The notes under the pieces: model-generated | The model's database searches: none | What the model was told of the DNA's origin: nothing | The model's input: only the letters and a program-made list of their open reading frames with translations | Shown: positions 1-10,785 of the stretch, piece after piece | How positions within the stretch are numbered: the stretch's first letter is position 1 | How the letters are laid out: every line of letters starts with the position of its first letter | NCBI RefSeq assembly: GCF_006345805.1 | Contig: NC_042997.1 | Location: forward strand, 61,256,001 to 61,320,000 | Direction: 5' to 3' | Source: Octopus sinensis | Taxonomy: Eukaryota | DNA length: 64,000 nt | Program-made: the position numbers and the translations under genes

Positions 1-25
1 CACTAATCTGTCATTAATTTTGAAT

Positions 26-53
26 TGTGTGTGTGTATGTGTGTGTGTGTGAA

Positions 54-95
<42 letters not shown>

Positions 96-101
96 TGTGA
101 A

Positions 102-150
<49 letters not shown>

Positions 151-168
151 ATTTGTGTGTGTGTGTGG
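26..168. repeat. Compound (TG)n microsatellite
   Basis: Direct TG dinucleotide run with occasional TA/GAA interruptions; source of the HTHTHT ORFs. Confidence 0.97.
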
Positions 169-169
169 T

Positions 170-320
170 TGTGTGGTTGAGAAGTTTTCTTCCTAACCAC
201 ATAGTTTCAGTTTCAGTCTTGCTACATGACACCTTGGCCAAGTGTCTTCTACTATAGCTTCTGGCCAATCAAATCCTTGTGAGTGGATTTGATAGACAAA
301 AACAGTAAGATGCACATCTT
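170..320 (+). mobile_element. Degraded tRNA/CORE-type SINE (family B), 5' part
   Basis: ACCTTGGCCAAGTGTCTTCTACTATAGC CORE-like motif; aligns by eye with the better copies at 59359 and 20999. Confidence 0.75.
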
Positions 321-1062
321 ATGTGTGTGTGAGAGAGTGAGTGAGAGTCAGTTTGTGTCCCTTTTTCTTTACATTGCATAATGGTTGTAAATAACTTTCA
401 CTGTCATACAAGCAGTGTTATTCATTTCCATTATTCTGCAAGAACATGTCTGACCATAGGGAAATGTTACCTAGCTTGGATACAAGTGAGGTTTTGTGAC
501 ACAAATGGCAGCCAGCTGAAGAAAGCTTGTCTCTACAGTAAATCTACATCTACATCCATCCTATGCTTGCATATAAACAAACAAGCATTTCTAATATTTA
601 AATATGTTTCAGTCATTCTGATTCACATTGTGTTGTGCATAAAATATGTATTGTTTAATTAATGGCAAGCCTTCAAAAGCACAAATATGTAAATTAAGTT
701 ATCCACTATGGCAATAAACTCATTTACAACTGCTTTATATAACGGTTGAATATTTTATGCTGTTGATTAGGGAAGCAAGCTGGATATATCTTTTTTGAGG
801 TGCATTTAGCAAACTGTGAAGAGGTCTGTCCAGAGATTCTTCCCTCATTTTTTCTGCACATCAAGGCATAGAAAGAATGTTGTTGTATTCTAGATATTTC
901 TATCACGACTAGGTTTTCTAATATTTTAATTCATTTCAGTCCTTCTGATGCACAGTACTGTGCATAATGTGTGTGTGTGTGTGTGTGTATATATGAGAAT
1001 TTTTTGCGTAATAAGATAAAAAACCAAGGCTGTATAGATATTAGAGCATTTATAGATAGGAG

Positions 1063-1114
1063 GTCTTACAGCTGTTTTTAGGATATTAATTAATAATATC
1101 CCTTCATCGGAGAC
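1063..1114 (-). ncRNA. Degenerate minimal type I hammerhead ribozyme motif
   Basis: Minus strand reads GTCT-CCGATGA-AGGGATATTATTAATTAATATCCT-AAAAAC-AGCT-GTA-AGAC; core has U4>C and G12>A. Confidence 0.6.
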
Positions 1115-1338
1115 GTTGTGAGAGGAAAAATTAAGTCATAGTTAGTGTTGATGTGATACAAATAGAGAGTGAGGTGGAGGAAAGAAAATAGATGTAAGAT
1201 ATAAAACGGATTTAAGATATAAAACAGATTTATAAATTCAATACCCATACATATCTTACATTTATTTTCTTTCCTCCACCTCACTCTCTATTTGTATCAC
1301 ATCGAAACTAACTATGACTTAATTTTTCCTCTCACACC

Positions 1339-1393
1339 GTCTCTGATAAAGGGATATTATTATTAATTAATATTCTAGAAACAGCTGTAAGAC
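1339..1393 (+). ncRNA. Degenerate minimal type I hammerhead ribozyme motif
   Basis: GTCT-CTGATAA-stem II hairpin-GAAAC-AGCT-GTA-AGAC; stem I GTCT/AGAC, palindromic stem III loop, GUA triplet; core has G8>A. Confidence 0.6.
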
Positions 1394-1602
1394 CTTCTAT
1401 CTATAAATGCTCTAATATCTATACAGCCTTGGTTTTTTATCTTATAACGCAAAAAAGTCTTATATACACACGCTGACATAGAACCAACGTTGAACCCTTT
1501 ATTCGCAATATTACTGAATCTGGATCTTAACTAAGGTTTGTCTATAGCACTTATTCAGCATTACCTGACACCTTTGGGTCTCAATGACACCATTATCTCT
1601 AA

Positions 1603-1606
<4 letters not shown>

Positions 1607-1650
<44 letters not shown>

Positions 1651-1700
1651 TATAGGGAGAGAGAGAGATATATATAGAGAGAGAAAGAGAGAGAGAGATC
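1607..1700. repeat. (TA)n followed by (GA)n microsatellite
   Basis: Direct dinucleotide runs. Confidence 0.95.
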
Positions 1701-2649
1701 TGTGTACCATACTTAAAGCAGATATATCATTGAAAGTAACCAAGTAACTGGCATTTGTCCTAAGATAGTATCTCTTATACATGTACTGTGTTAAAAACGT
1801 GAAAATATATCAAACACCATACATCTATGAGAGGCACTATTTCAGGAGGAATACCACAGTTAATTAGGCTTTCAATGATGTGTCTACTTTATGTATGATA
1901 CATAGATTACTATTTGAAATTAATACTGCTTCTGTCACACATAAAAAAATACATACAAACACACACAAGCATGCACACATATGTACTGTATAAATGATCT
2001 TGACTGTAGATACTTATGCTACATAGCTTTCGAAGATTATCTCTCTTATATGTCATGTACTTACATGTTAGATTAGTAGTCTAAATATATTTATCTATCT
2101 ACGAAGTATAACTAAAGCAGGGTGTGGTTGTTTGAACCACAGCATGTATTTATTATAGACTGGTTTAACCAGTTGGAATGCTAAATCATTAAATATATAT
2201 TGAGCATTATATATATATATAAAATAAAATAATTAGGTTTCTTTCTTAATTTATGAATAACCATTTTTAGGTTAAGAAACAAACCAAGTAACTTAAGGAA
2301 GTTTAATATCTATAAATTGAGTAAATTAATTTTGAATTGTTCAAAAGAATATGTAAAATGATTGGGGTATTATATATATTAGCTTGTCATTAGAAATCAT
2401 CAGAGATTTGTTGTGATTTTGAGGGTTCAAACTGTTTTGTTAAAGGGTGGTGTAAGTCTCTTTACTAGATATGAGTATGTGTAACAATTCTGTCTTGATG
2501 TTCTTAAAGAAGATTAGATTGTCGTTGTATGGTAAATGTAACTAAACTTTCACCAGAAATAGTTCAATGGAGGCTGGAGAGAACTCCATTAACACATATT
2601 GCAGTGAATTTGCATTGCAATATGGCTGGTAAATTGACAGAAAACTGCT

Positions 2650-3060
2650 GACATAAAAGATGAGAGATTGATGGCGTCTGTAGTTGAATAACTTAGCTAG
2701 GAAGTTCTTCAGACATAATCAACAGAGTTTGGTATGGTTCATTGGATGTACAGTGTTAACTTGTATGAAAAGCAGATCACAAGTGAACTGAGAAAAGAGT
2801 TTATTGGTAACGGTATTGGTCAATGTAGGGATATGGACAGGTGATGGAGGTGCGGAGAGAAAAAATATTGTACTCTGTTAGTGGAGAGAACTCATGACAA
2901 GGGAAGACTGAGGAACATATAAGAAGAAAGTTTATATCTCTAAATTTGGAACTTCTTTGATGAAATAAGAAATGACCAAGACCGATATAATGATATGGTG
3001 TATGGTAACGACATTCAGTCTATACCAACATGAAGGAGACATATCGAAACATGTTAATTG
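2650..3060 (+). mobile_element. Highly decayed 3' end of an RTE-like LINE
   Basis: Remnants resembling the C-terminal WYGHV...RGRPR motifs (GGGAAGACTGAGGAAC) and a tail resembling family D SINE tails; many stops. Confidence 0.4.
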
Positions 3061-3958
3061 TAGTGAGACTAGTATAGAAGATAAAACTTGTGGAGATCTA
3101 AGAAAATATAATTAACACAATTATTGGAAAGAAAAAAATAATTATATTTATGTTGCAAGCTGATATATTTCTTTGAGAAAAATATTTCTCATTTCAATTG
3201 TAAATGGTATTTTGTGATTGTATGAAGAGAAATATCACAATCCTTTGCGGTAGTAAGGACAAATTGAGGAAGACTAGTCATTTTTGAAGATGGTATGACT
3301 GTATTTTGGAACAGATTTGAAATTTGTATCCAACATCTGTTGGATACAAATTAAATATTTACAGATATATCATACCTGTCTGTTGCTATCAATTATTTTA
3401 ACAACCATCTAAAAATAGAAATGCTAATCCTTCTTTTTCTTAGTAATTAAAGTAATATCTTTATTGTTAAGATGGAAGTTGAACTCTTGACAAGAATTTA
3501 ATTCAGATTCCTAAGACTCTTGTCTTGCCAGGCAACTTCTGTTTACACTTATACAGCATTATCTTGTTATAAAGATAGATTACTGTCATAAGATGTATCG
3601 ATCCTTGACTATATTTCAGAGGAATGCTAATAGTTTGTTATTCAGTTTGCTAATTTTTAATTATATTGAAACTTAACAGTTTAAGCAGTAACTGATAAGT
3701 ATTTGGTGATCACAGAAATAGTTGCTATTTTTCAATGGAATGTGTTCAATGAAAAATTGTTTCAGTAGGTTTAATGGCAAGGAGAGTGATTACAACATTG
3801 CTTTTGTTGTCAAGTGTCTGATATATTATTTCTTATCATATATGTGTTTTTGGCATAGACATGACCAAAGGTCTACTCTAAATCTATAGTTTTATTGTAT
3901 TTTGCTTCATTGTTTTTAAAAATAAGAAAACTGATATTACATTAAAATACTATTTTAA

Positions 3959-4179
3959 CCCTTTCATTACCAACCTGGCTGAAACCGGTTCTGGCTCTGA
4001 GTACAAATGTCTTGTTTTCATAAGTTTTGAATTAAAATCTTCCACCAAACTTTACTTACAATTTATGTTCCTAACACTAGCTGAATGATAGCTAAGTTAC
4101 TTTTACTGAATTCTTTGTTACATTTAAAGTAACTGAAAGAAACACAGAGCATCTCAAAATAAATACAGCAACGAAAGGG
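3959..4179. mobile_element. piggyBac-type MITE
   Basis: TTAA on both flanks (3955-3958, 4180-4183); TIR CCCTTTCATTAC / GCAACGAAAGGG; no ORF. Confidence 0.85.
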
Positions 4180-4290
4180 TTAATACAATAGGAAACCTGA
4201 GTATTTTATCAATATGGTTGCCTATATGAAGGAAGGAACTTAGTCTGAAAGTTCATCTGCTTATAGCTATAAAGAAACGAGAGTCTAGAG

Positions 4291-4619
4291 CAGGCCTGAC
4301 GAACTTGAATTACATTGAGGGCCACTTTAATCACAGAAAGATTTTGAGGGCTGCTTGTATACTTTATGCACTAATAGTCAAATAATCACTGCTGACAAAA
4401 TTAAAAACAATTTGCTTTCTCATGCTATTATTACAATAATGAATGAAGGATCATTGATTCAACATGAAATATTATTGTTGCAAAAACAGTAGTATTTTTC
4501 TTATTTACTTTTCATTACAATCTTTAATTTTTGATAAAATTTTAAAAATGTTTGATTAAATAAACCCATTTCAAGGAAGGATCAAGCTAAGTCTGCAGGC
4601 CGCATGCATCCCAGCCCTG
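4291..4619. mobile_element. hAT-type MITE
   Basis: Ends CAGGCCTG...CAGCCCTG; 8 bp TSD GTCTAGAG / GTCTAGAA matching the NTCTAGAN Charlie-type target. Confidence 0.8.
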
Positions 4620-5482
4620 GTCTAGAACATGTTACTGAAATAACTGCAATAACTTTTGCAAATTACTTGAAAGTATTATGCTGGGAAGTTTTAATGAATC
4701 CAATCTTGTTTGATGATGTATTTTCTAAGGAATAATACTCAGTTATGAGATATTTATTAAGCAGAGTATATCCTTTCATTGATGTGAAAGAGAATATAAC
4801 CTCAGTTAGACATGAATAAAACTATTAACACCTACAGGTTGTGTTAATCTAGTAGTAAAGTCCATGATCCATTTTACAGTGAATGGTTCGTTTATCTGAT
4901 GTATCCATTTGTGAATTTCAATTTTGCAAAACCAAACTGTGATTTCTTAAGACATAATAACCGCTGCAGTGAATCAAGGCAGTGAACTGGAAGAGTCATT
5001 ACAGTATTAATTAAAATGCTTTGTAGTATTTATTCCCACTGAGGTCAGCTTTACTTTTCAGCCTCTTGGCTTTGATAAAGTCCTAGTCTAGTATAATGGA
5101 TTAGTACAGCATTGGATAAGATGTTCTAATAACTTTGCCAATGTTATTATCTTAACTTTTATTTATTATTTATAAGTTATTATCATAAGGTGCCTTGTAA
5201 TATTTCTGGCTCTGTTGAAGTCAACTTTTCTATAATCCTGGAAGGATTATAGAAAAATGCCTTTCATCTTGAGCAAATTGATAAGCTTCTCCAGTTGCAT
5301 CCTAATGTAGAACTCATTGGATGGAGTGGGATATTCTTTGTAGAGAATCAGAAGTTATACAATTCTATAGCAGTAAAAGGATATACACATAGATATTATT
5401 AAATCTTTAATGACTATGAAGGCACAGTGCCAGGATCTAGAAGTTATATACACTTACACATACACATACACATACACATATT

Positions 5483-5626
5483 AAACTTACACAAGGTAAA
5501 GATTGACAGTGACTTTGAAGTTTCAGGTGCTTGCCTTCATCAGATTGTGGACACAACAGTCTGATGAATGCAAAAAAGTAAGCTTAGACTTCAAAGTTAC
5601 TGTCAACGTTTTCTTTGTAAGAGTTT
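5483..5626. mobile_element. Short palindromic element carrying two divergent hammerhead motifs
   Basis: TTGACAGTGACTTTGAAGTTT pairs with AGACTTCAAAGTTACTGTCAA; TTCATCAGA pairs with TCTGATGAA; centre near 5551. Confidence 0.75.
5506..5548 (-). ncRNA. Minimal type I hammerhead ribozyme with complete conserved core
   Basis: Minus strand reads ACAAT-CTGATGA-AGG CAAGCA CCT-GAAA-CT TCAA AG-TC-ACTGT: CUGAUGA, GAAA, stem III ACU/AGU, GUC triplet; stem I 4 of 5 pairs. Confidence 0.7.
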
Positions 5627-6404
5627 ACTAAAAAGTAGGGTAGTCCTTCAGTTTAATGCTAAATTGTTTTTATATGTTCTTTACATGATTAGGCTTACTT
5701 CTTTCTTAAATTCTAAGTGAAGTTAATAGGATTAGCCTCATAAAAGTAATTATTTTAATTAATAGATGTAGCATAGTTTTCCTTTACTGTTGATATGCAT
5801 AGTAAACCAAACTGGTTAAAAGGTGAACTTGCCCTTAATATCTGTCAGTTTTAAATACTATCAATTTTTTCATCATTTGGCTGGGCGACTTGCTCTAAAC
5901 TATGTAACTCTTCCATATGAGATATCTCAATTGAGCAATGGAGCATGAATGTCTGGCTTTAGTTTTAGTGTCACATTAGTCTTTTGCTAGCTAAAATATC
6001 TCATCTGTGCATGCCACAACTACAGACTGCTCAGCATCTAGTGGTATTTGCCATTGATTCAATAAGTTCATTTGCTGAAATAGTTCACATCCGCCATGCT
6101 GCATCCCATGGTTTAAACAAACCATGGTTTGAGTTTTAAAGTGCAACTAATAAAGCTGTATAATTGGGGGTAGAAATATTGGAATATTTTAGTTAATTTA
6201 TCTTGTCCTTTAAACCCTTTTTATAATCACATTTCTAAGAAAATACTCTGTGAATGTGTTTCAAGTTATTTTGAAATACAATCAAGATGTGTCATTCAGT
6301 AAAATAACTTTGTCATTATTAAATATGTGTTTCACAGTGAATTGGTACTATTGTTAGCATACTGGACAAACTGTTTAACGGCATTTGTTACAGGTTTACA
6401 TTCT

Positions 6405-6735
6405 GTGCGCATGGCTCAGTTGTTAGAGCGTTGGGCTCACAATCATGTGGTAGTGAGTTCAATTCTCGGATTGGGCTGTGTTGTGTTCTTGAGCAAGACA
6501 CTTTATTTCACGTTGCTCCAGTTTATTCAGCTAGAAAAAATGAGTTGCAATGTCACTGGTGCCAAGCTGTATCAGCCTTACCATTCCTGTGGACAACATT
6601 GGTGACATGAAGAAGGGAGGCTGGTATGCATGCTGGTCTTCCATAAACAACCTTACTTGCTTAGACTTCTGCCTCAGCGGGTAATTTTCTAGATGCATTC
6701 TCATGGTCATTTGTGACTGAAGGGCATCTTTACCC
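6405..6735 (+). mobile_element. tRNA-derived SINE with CORE-like domain (family C related)
   Basis: Box A-like TGGCTCAGTTGTT, box B-like GAGTTCAATTC, then GTGTTCTTGAGCAAGACACTTTA. Confidence 0.8.
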
Positions 6736-7950
6736 GTTACATTCTGTGTTCAAATTCTACTGAGGTTGACATTGCCTTTTATCCTTTCAGGGTCAATAAA
6801 ATAAAGTACCAGACATGCATTGGGGTGAGTGTAATTGATCATCTCCTACTCCAAATTTTCAGGCCTTCAGTTGTAGAAAGAATTACTAAGCCTGTTTGGA
6901 ACATAGAACTTAAAAGGTCTTTTATCCAAAATTATTATTGAAGGTTTTAGCATAAATATAAATACTTTAAAATGAGAAGTTTTATATTACAACAAAAGTA
7001 GTCTAAGGTGTGTTGGTATGGACAAAGGATTGTAGGATTAAATGTGGGTATGATGGAAGATTCTGATTGTGAAAATGGAAGGAAAAAATTTAGGTTACTT
7101 TAATTATAAACTTGAGGCCATACCAGAAAGCATTTTTAAAATTTGCTTACAAGAATGGTTGATGGAATAGATAAAAGACTTCTTTTTCAATAAGCTATAG
7201 CTTCTAAAGTGGAATATTAGCCCATGTTGAAATATTGGTTTCAAATTTTGGAACAAGGCCAGCAATTTTAGAGGCGGAGTAAGTAGATTACATCATTCTC
7301 AGTGTTCAACTGGTACTTATTTTATTGACCCCAAAAAGACAAAGGGCAAAGTCAATCTTGGTGGAATTTGAACACATATCGTAAAGACAGACATAATAAC
7401 ACTAAGCATTTTTCCTGACATACTAATGATTGTGCCACCAATCTGTCTTCACCCATGTTGAAATATTGTATGAAATATAGTAGCATTTATAAACTTTCTA
7501 ATAAATTATGAAATTAATTGTCATTGGTTTCACTTTGTTTAGTGTTAACTGCTGTATTTTGTTGCATTTGTGGAAGTAGAGAGGGATAGGTGAGCAAAAT
7601 ATTGAATTCCAGTGAACTCAAACTGTAATATAATGTAGCATTTTAATAGATTAAGGGGTATTAAGGTTGAAGGTGTGAAGTGTAGATTTATGACATTTTG
7701 TAAGCACTGCATTAAAGAATAAGAGGAGCCAAATAAAGATTCCTCTATGCCAGTACTCTGCAACCAGTATGCTGTGGCACACTGGTGTGCCACAGGGTAA
7801 TGTGAGTATAATATTTTCCCTATACTTTTAGTTCAGGTGTACTACCGAATTTTGAAAAGAATATAAGTGACTGCAAGTGAAAAAAGGTTGCAGAGCACTG
7901 CTCTATGCAATAGTTTGTCTTCCTAGAAACAACAGCCAACTTTCTCTTAA

Positions 7951-8095
7951 ACCTTTAGCATTCAGATTACTCTGTCAAATATAATGTTTGTTTATTCATA
8001 TTGCTTTGAATTTATCATATATTATTTTATAGGTTTGAAATTTCAGTGATGTGATTGTTTATTTTTTAGAATGACATTGTACAATAGGTGTGAGT
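7951..8095 (+). mobile_element. Truncated piggyBac-type MITE (same family as 46081-46298)
   Basis: TTAAACCTTTAGCATTCAGATTACT start and internal identity with the 46081 copy; right TIR absent. Confidence 0.7.
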
Positions 8096-8266
8096 CTTTT
8101 GTTTACAAAGATTACATAACATGTCAAGACATGCCACATAAGCCAAGGCATACTTTCATGGTAGACTGCAAGCTAATGACACTGTCAGGAAGTCATTGAT
8201 TTCAAACCAGTGAACACAAGGGAAATACGAACTCACTGACATAAACACATACATACATACTGACAG

Positions 8267-8326
<60 letters not shown>

Positions 8327-8366
8327 ATACATACATACATACATACATCATGCTTACATACATACA
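8267..8366. repeat. (TG)n plus (TACA)n microsatellite
   Basis: Direct repeats. Confidence 0.95.
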
Positions 8367-9372
8367 TATTGGGGTTGGACAAAATAATGGAAACACCTAG
8401 TATCATAGCATCATAATTTTGAAATATCTATAAAACTGTCAAAAGATTTTTTATTTTTATGTTTTTTGATTTATTATTAGTGTTGCTTAATACATTTTGC
8501 TAAAATTGCTGTTTCTTTTCAGATATCATTAGAAAAAGGTAATGAAAATTCATTAAAATGACAGATTCATCGGACTTTTGTAGAGGTCAAATTGTTGGTG
8601 CTCGTATGGCAGGCACTGGTATAATGAAAACAGCCAAAATGTTTGGTGTATCAAGAAGTACTGTCTTGAAAGTAATGACAGCCTTTGAGAAAGAGGGAGA
8701 AACCTCCTCGTTGAAACAAAACTCTGGAAGAAAACCAAAACTTTCAGATAGGGAACGTCAGACTTTTACGCGAATTGTTAGAAAGGATCACAAAAGTACA
8801 GCTCCCAAAATTACTGCAGAGCTTAATGACCACCTCGAGAATCCAGTTTCCACAAAAACTGTTTGCCAGGAGCTGCACAACGCCAGATTTCATGGGAGGG
8901 CTGCAATCAGAAAACTACTACTTTCAAAAACAAATGTTGCAAAGCGTTTAGAGTGTAGTAAGAAACTACAGAATTGGTTCCTAGAGCAGTGGAAGAATGT
9001 TATTTTCTCGGACAAGTCATCCTTTACTTTGTTTCCGACCACCGACCGGGTATACATGTGGAGACAGTCAAAAGAAGCATTTGACCCAGACTACCTTCTT
9101 CCAACTGTTAACCATAGAGGAGGATCTGTGATGATCGGGGGGGGGGGGGGGGCTATATCTTGGAAATCCGCCGGCTCAATGGTTCCCCTTCATGACTGAA
9201 TTAATTGACAAGACTATTTAAGCATTTTATCTGATCAAATTCATCTTATGGTTGCAGAACTGTTTCCAGAGGGAAATGCAGTCTTTCAGCATGATAATGC
9301 ACCAATTCACACAGCTAAAGTTGTTACTGAATGGCACAAGGAACATTCTAGAGAAGTTGAACATTTTATCTT
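8367..9372 (+). mobile_element. Tc1-like DNA transposon, 3' truncated
   Basis: Left TIR TATTGGGGTTGGACAAAATAATGGAAACACC, transposase relic, abrupt end against a SINE fragment; no right TIR. Confidence 0.9.
8558..9372 (+). pseudogene. Tc1/mariner-family transposase pseudogene
   Basis: HTH region, GRKPKL linker, WKNVIFSD (first D), FQHDNAPIHTAK (second D) in the same frame after TGA stops at 9197 and 9206; ends before the SPDLN/E motif. Confidence 0.92.
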
Positions 9373-10181
9373 ACCTAAGATGCCATAATGCAGTTGGACT
9401 GAACTTGCAATATCATGTTTGGGAAGCAAACTTCTTAACCACACAGTGATGTCTCTGCCTGCAGTATAACCAATAAATACTAGACATGTCATTGCTAACT
9501 TATAAATTTTTCTGCCTTTTAACAAAATAACTGATCTCCTTGAACATATATTTACTTAAATTTCTCCAGTTCTTTTTTCCGATCATTTAGCCAATCTCTT
9601 TATTAAAAGCAAACATGAAAATGTTATTGGTTTCTTTAGAGTTTTGTGTTATATTTGAAAAAGTGAAATTTTAATACTTCCATCAATCAAATATCAGAAA
9701 TCTGTAATTTACTGTAATAAAAATGCACATTCAGACTCCTCTTTACCATATTAATAAAAATATACACTCCTCCACCAGTTTTTGAGATATCTTGTCCATG
9801 GACAAACAAACAAACATGACTGACAACAATATCCGTCTTAGTGAAGGCAGATGTAATAATAATGGTTTCAAATTTTGCCACAAGGGCAGCCATTTTGGGG
9901 TAGGGGTTGAGTTGATTACTTTGACCCCAGTGTTGAACTGGTACTTATTTTATTGACCCTGGGAAGGGAACAGTTAATTACATTGACCCTCTAGTCCCCA
10001 CTCCCCCAGCACTTGATTGATACTTTGTTTTATTGACTCTGTAAGTATGAAATTTAAAAGTTGATCTCAATGGAATTTGAACTCAGAATGTAACATGATG
10101 AAAAACCACAAGGTATTTTGTTTGTGCTTTAATGATTCTGCAATGATAATAAGGATTGCAACAAATGAAGTTAGTCTACAC

Positions 10182-10395
10182 CAGTGGTTCCCAACCTGTG
10201 GTCCGCAGGCCCCTGGTGGTCCACAAAGGTAGTACTAGGGGTCTGTGAACTAAATTCAAAATTTCAAAATATATATATAAATATATAAATATACACACAC
10301 ACACACACATAAGGATAAGCATATTAAAAGGGGTCTGTGAGAAAACTCATTTAGATAGAAGGGGTCCTTGGTAGTGAAAAGGTCGGGAACAACTG
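10182..10395. mobile_element. hAT (Charlie-like) MITE
   Basis: TIR CAGTGGTTCCCAACCT / AGGTCGGGAACAACTG; 8 bp TSD GTCTACAC / GTCTATAC. Confidence 0.88.
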
Positions 10396-10568
10396 GTCTA
10401 TACCATCAGCCCTAGTACTTTACTGGTACTTTATTGTTTTTAGAGAGAGATGAAAGGCAAATTTAAACAAAAGTGTTGGAACAAATACTGCAAAGCATTT
10501 TTTTTACTGACACTTTAATGATTCTGCCAGTTTACCAATAAGCTTTTTATTATTCGTAGCAAGACCAT

Positions 10569-10785
10569 GGCGGTGAGCTGGCAGAATCGTTAACACACTG
10601 GATGAAATGCTTAGCGTTATTTCACCTGTCGCTGTTTTGAGTTCAAATTCCGCTGAGGTCGACTTTGCCTTTTATCCTTTTGGGGTTGATAAAATAAACA
10701 TCAGGTTTAACACTGGCGTTAATGTAATCAACTAGTTTCCTCCCCTCAAATTTCAGGCCTTGTGCCTTTAGTAGAAAGGATTATT
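10569..10785 (+). mobile_element. tRNA-derived SINE family A, well-preserved copy
   Basis: GGCGGTGAGCTGGCAGAATCG head, GAGTTCAAATTCC box B, GTCGACTTTGCCTTTTATCCTTTTGGGGTTGATAAAATAA centre, AGAAAGGATTATT tail. More than 25 related copies, e.g. 7240, 9870, 12190, 15480, 17370, 28320, 30520, 45290, 49745, 50390, 56770. Confidence 0.85.

Larger units (their letters stand above)
984..1470. mobile_element. Palindromic element with ~220 bp inverted arms (984-1202, 1251-1470), probably inverted Penelope-like pLTR pair
   Basis: Arms are reverse complements (e.g. CCAAGGCTGTATAGATATTAGAGCATTTATAGATAG / CTATCTATAAATGCTCTAATATCTATACAGCCTTGG) around a 48 nt spacer; each arm holds a hammerhead-like motif. 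Confidence 0.8.

Noticed and set aside
3-268. HT-, YI-, CV-repeat ORFs here and at 1538, 8156, 17619, 20982, 35593, 54910, 63143, 63659
   Set aside because: Translations of dinucleotide microsatellites.
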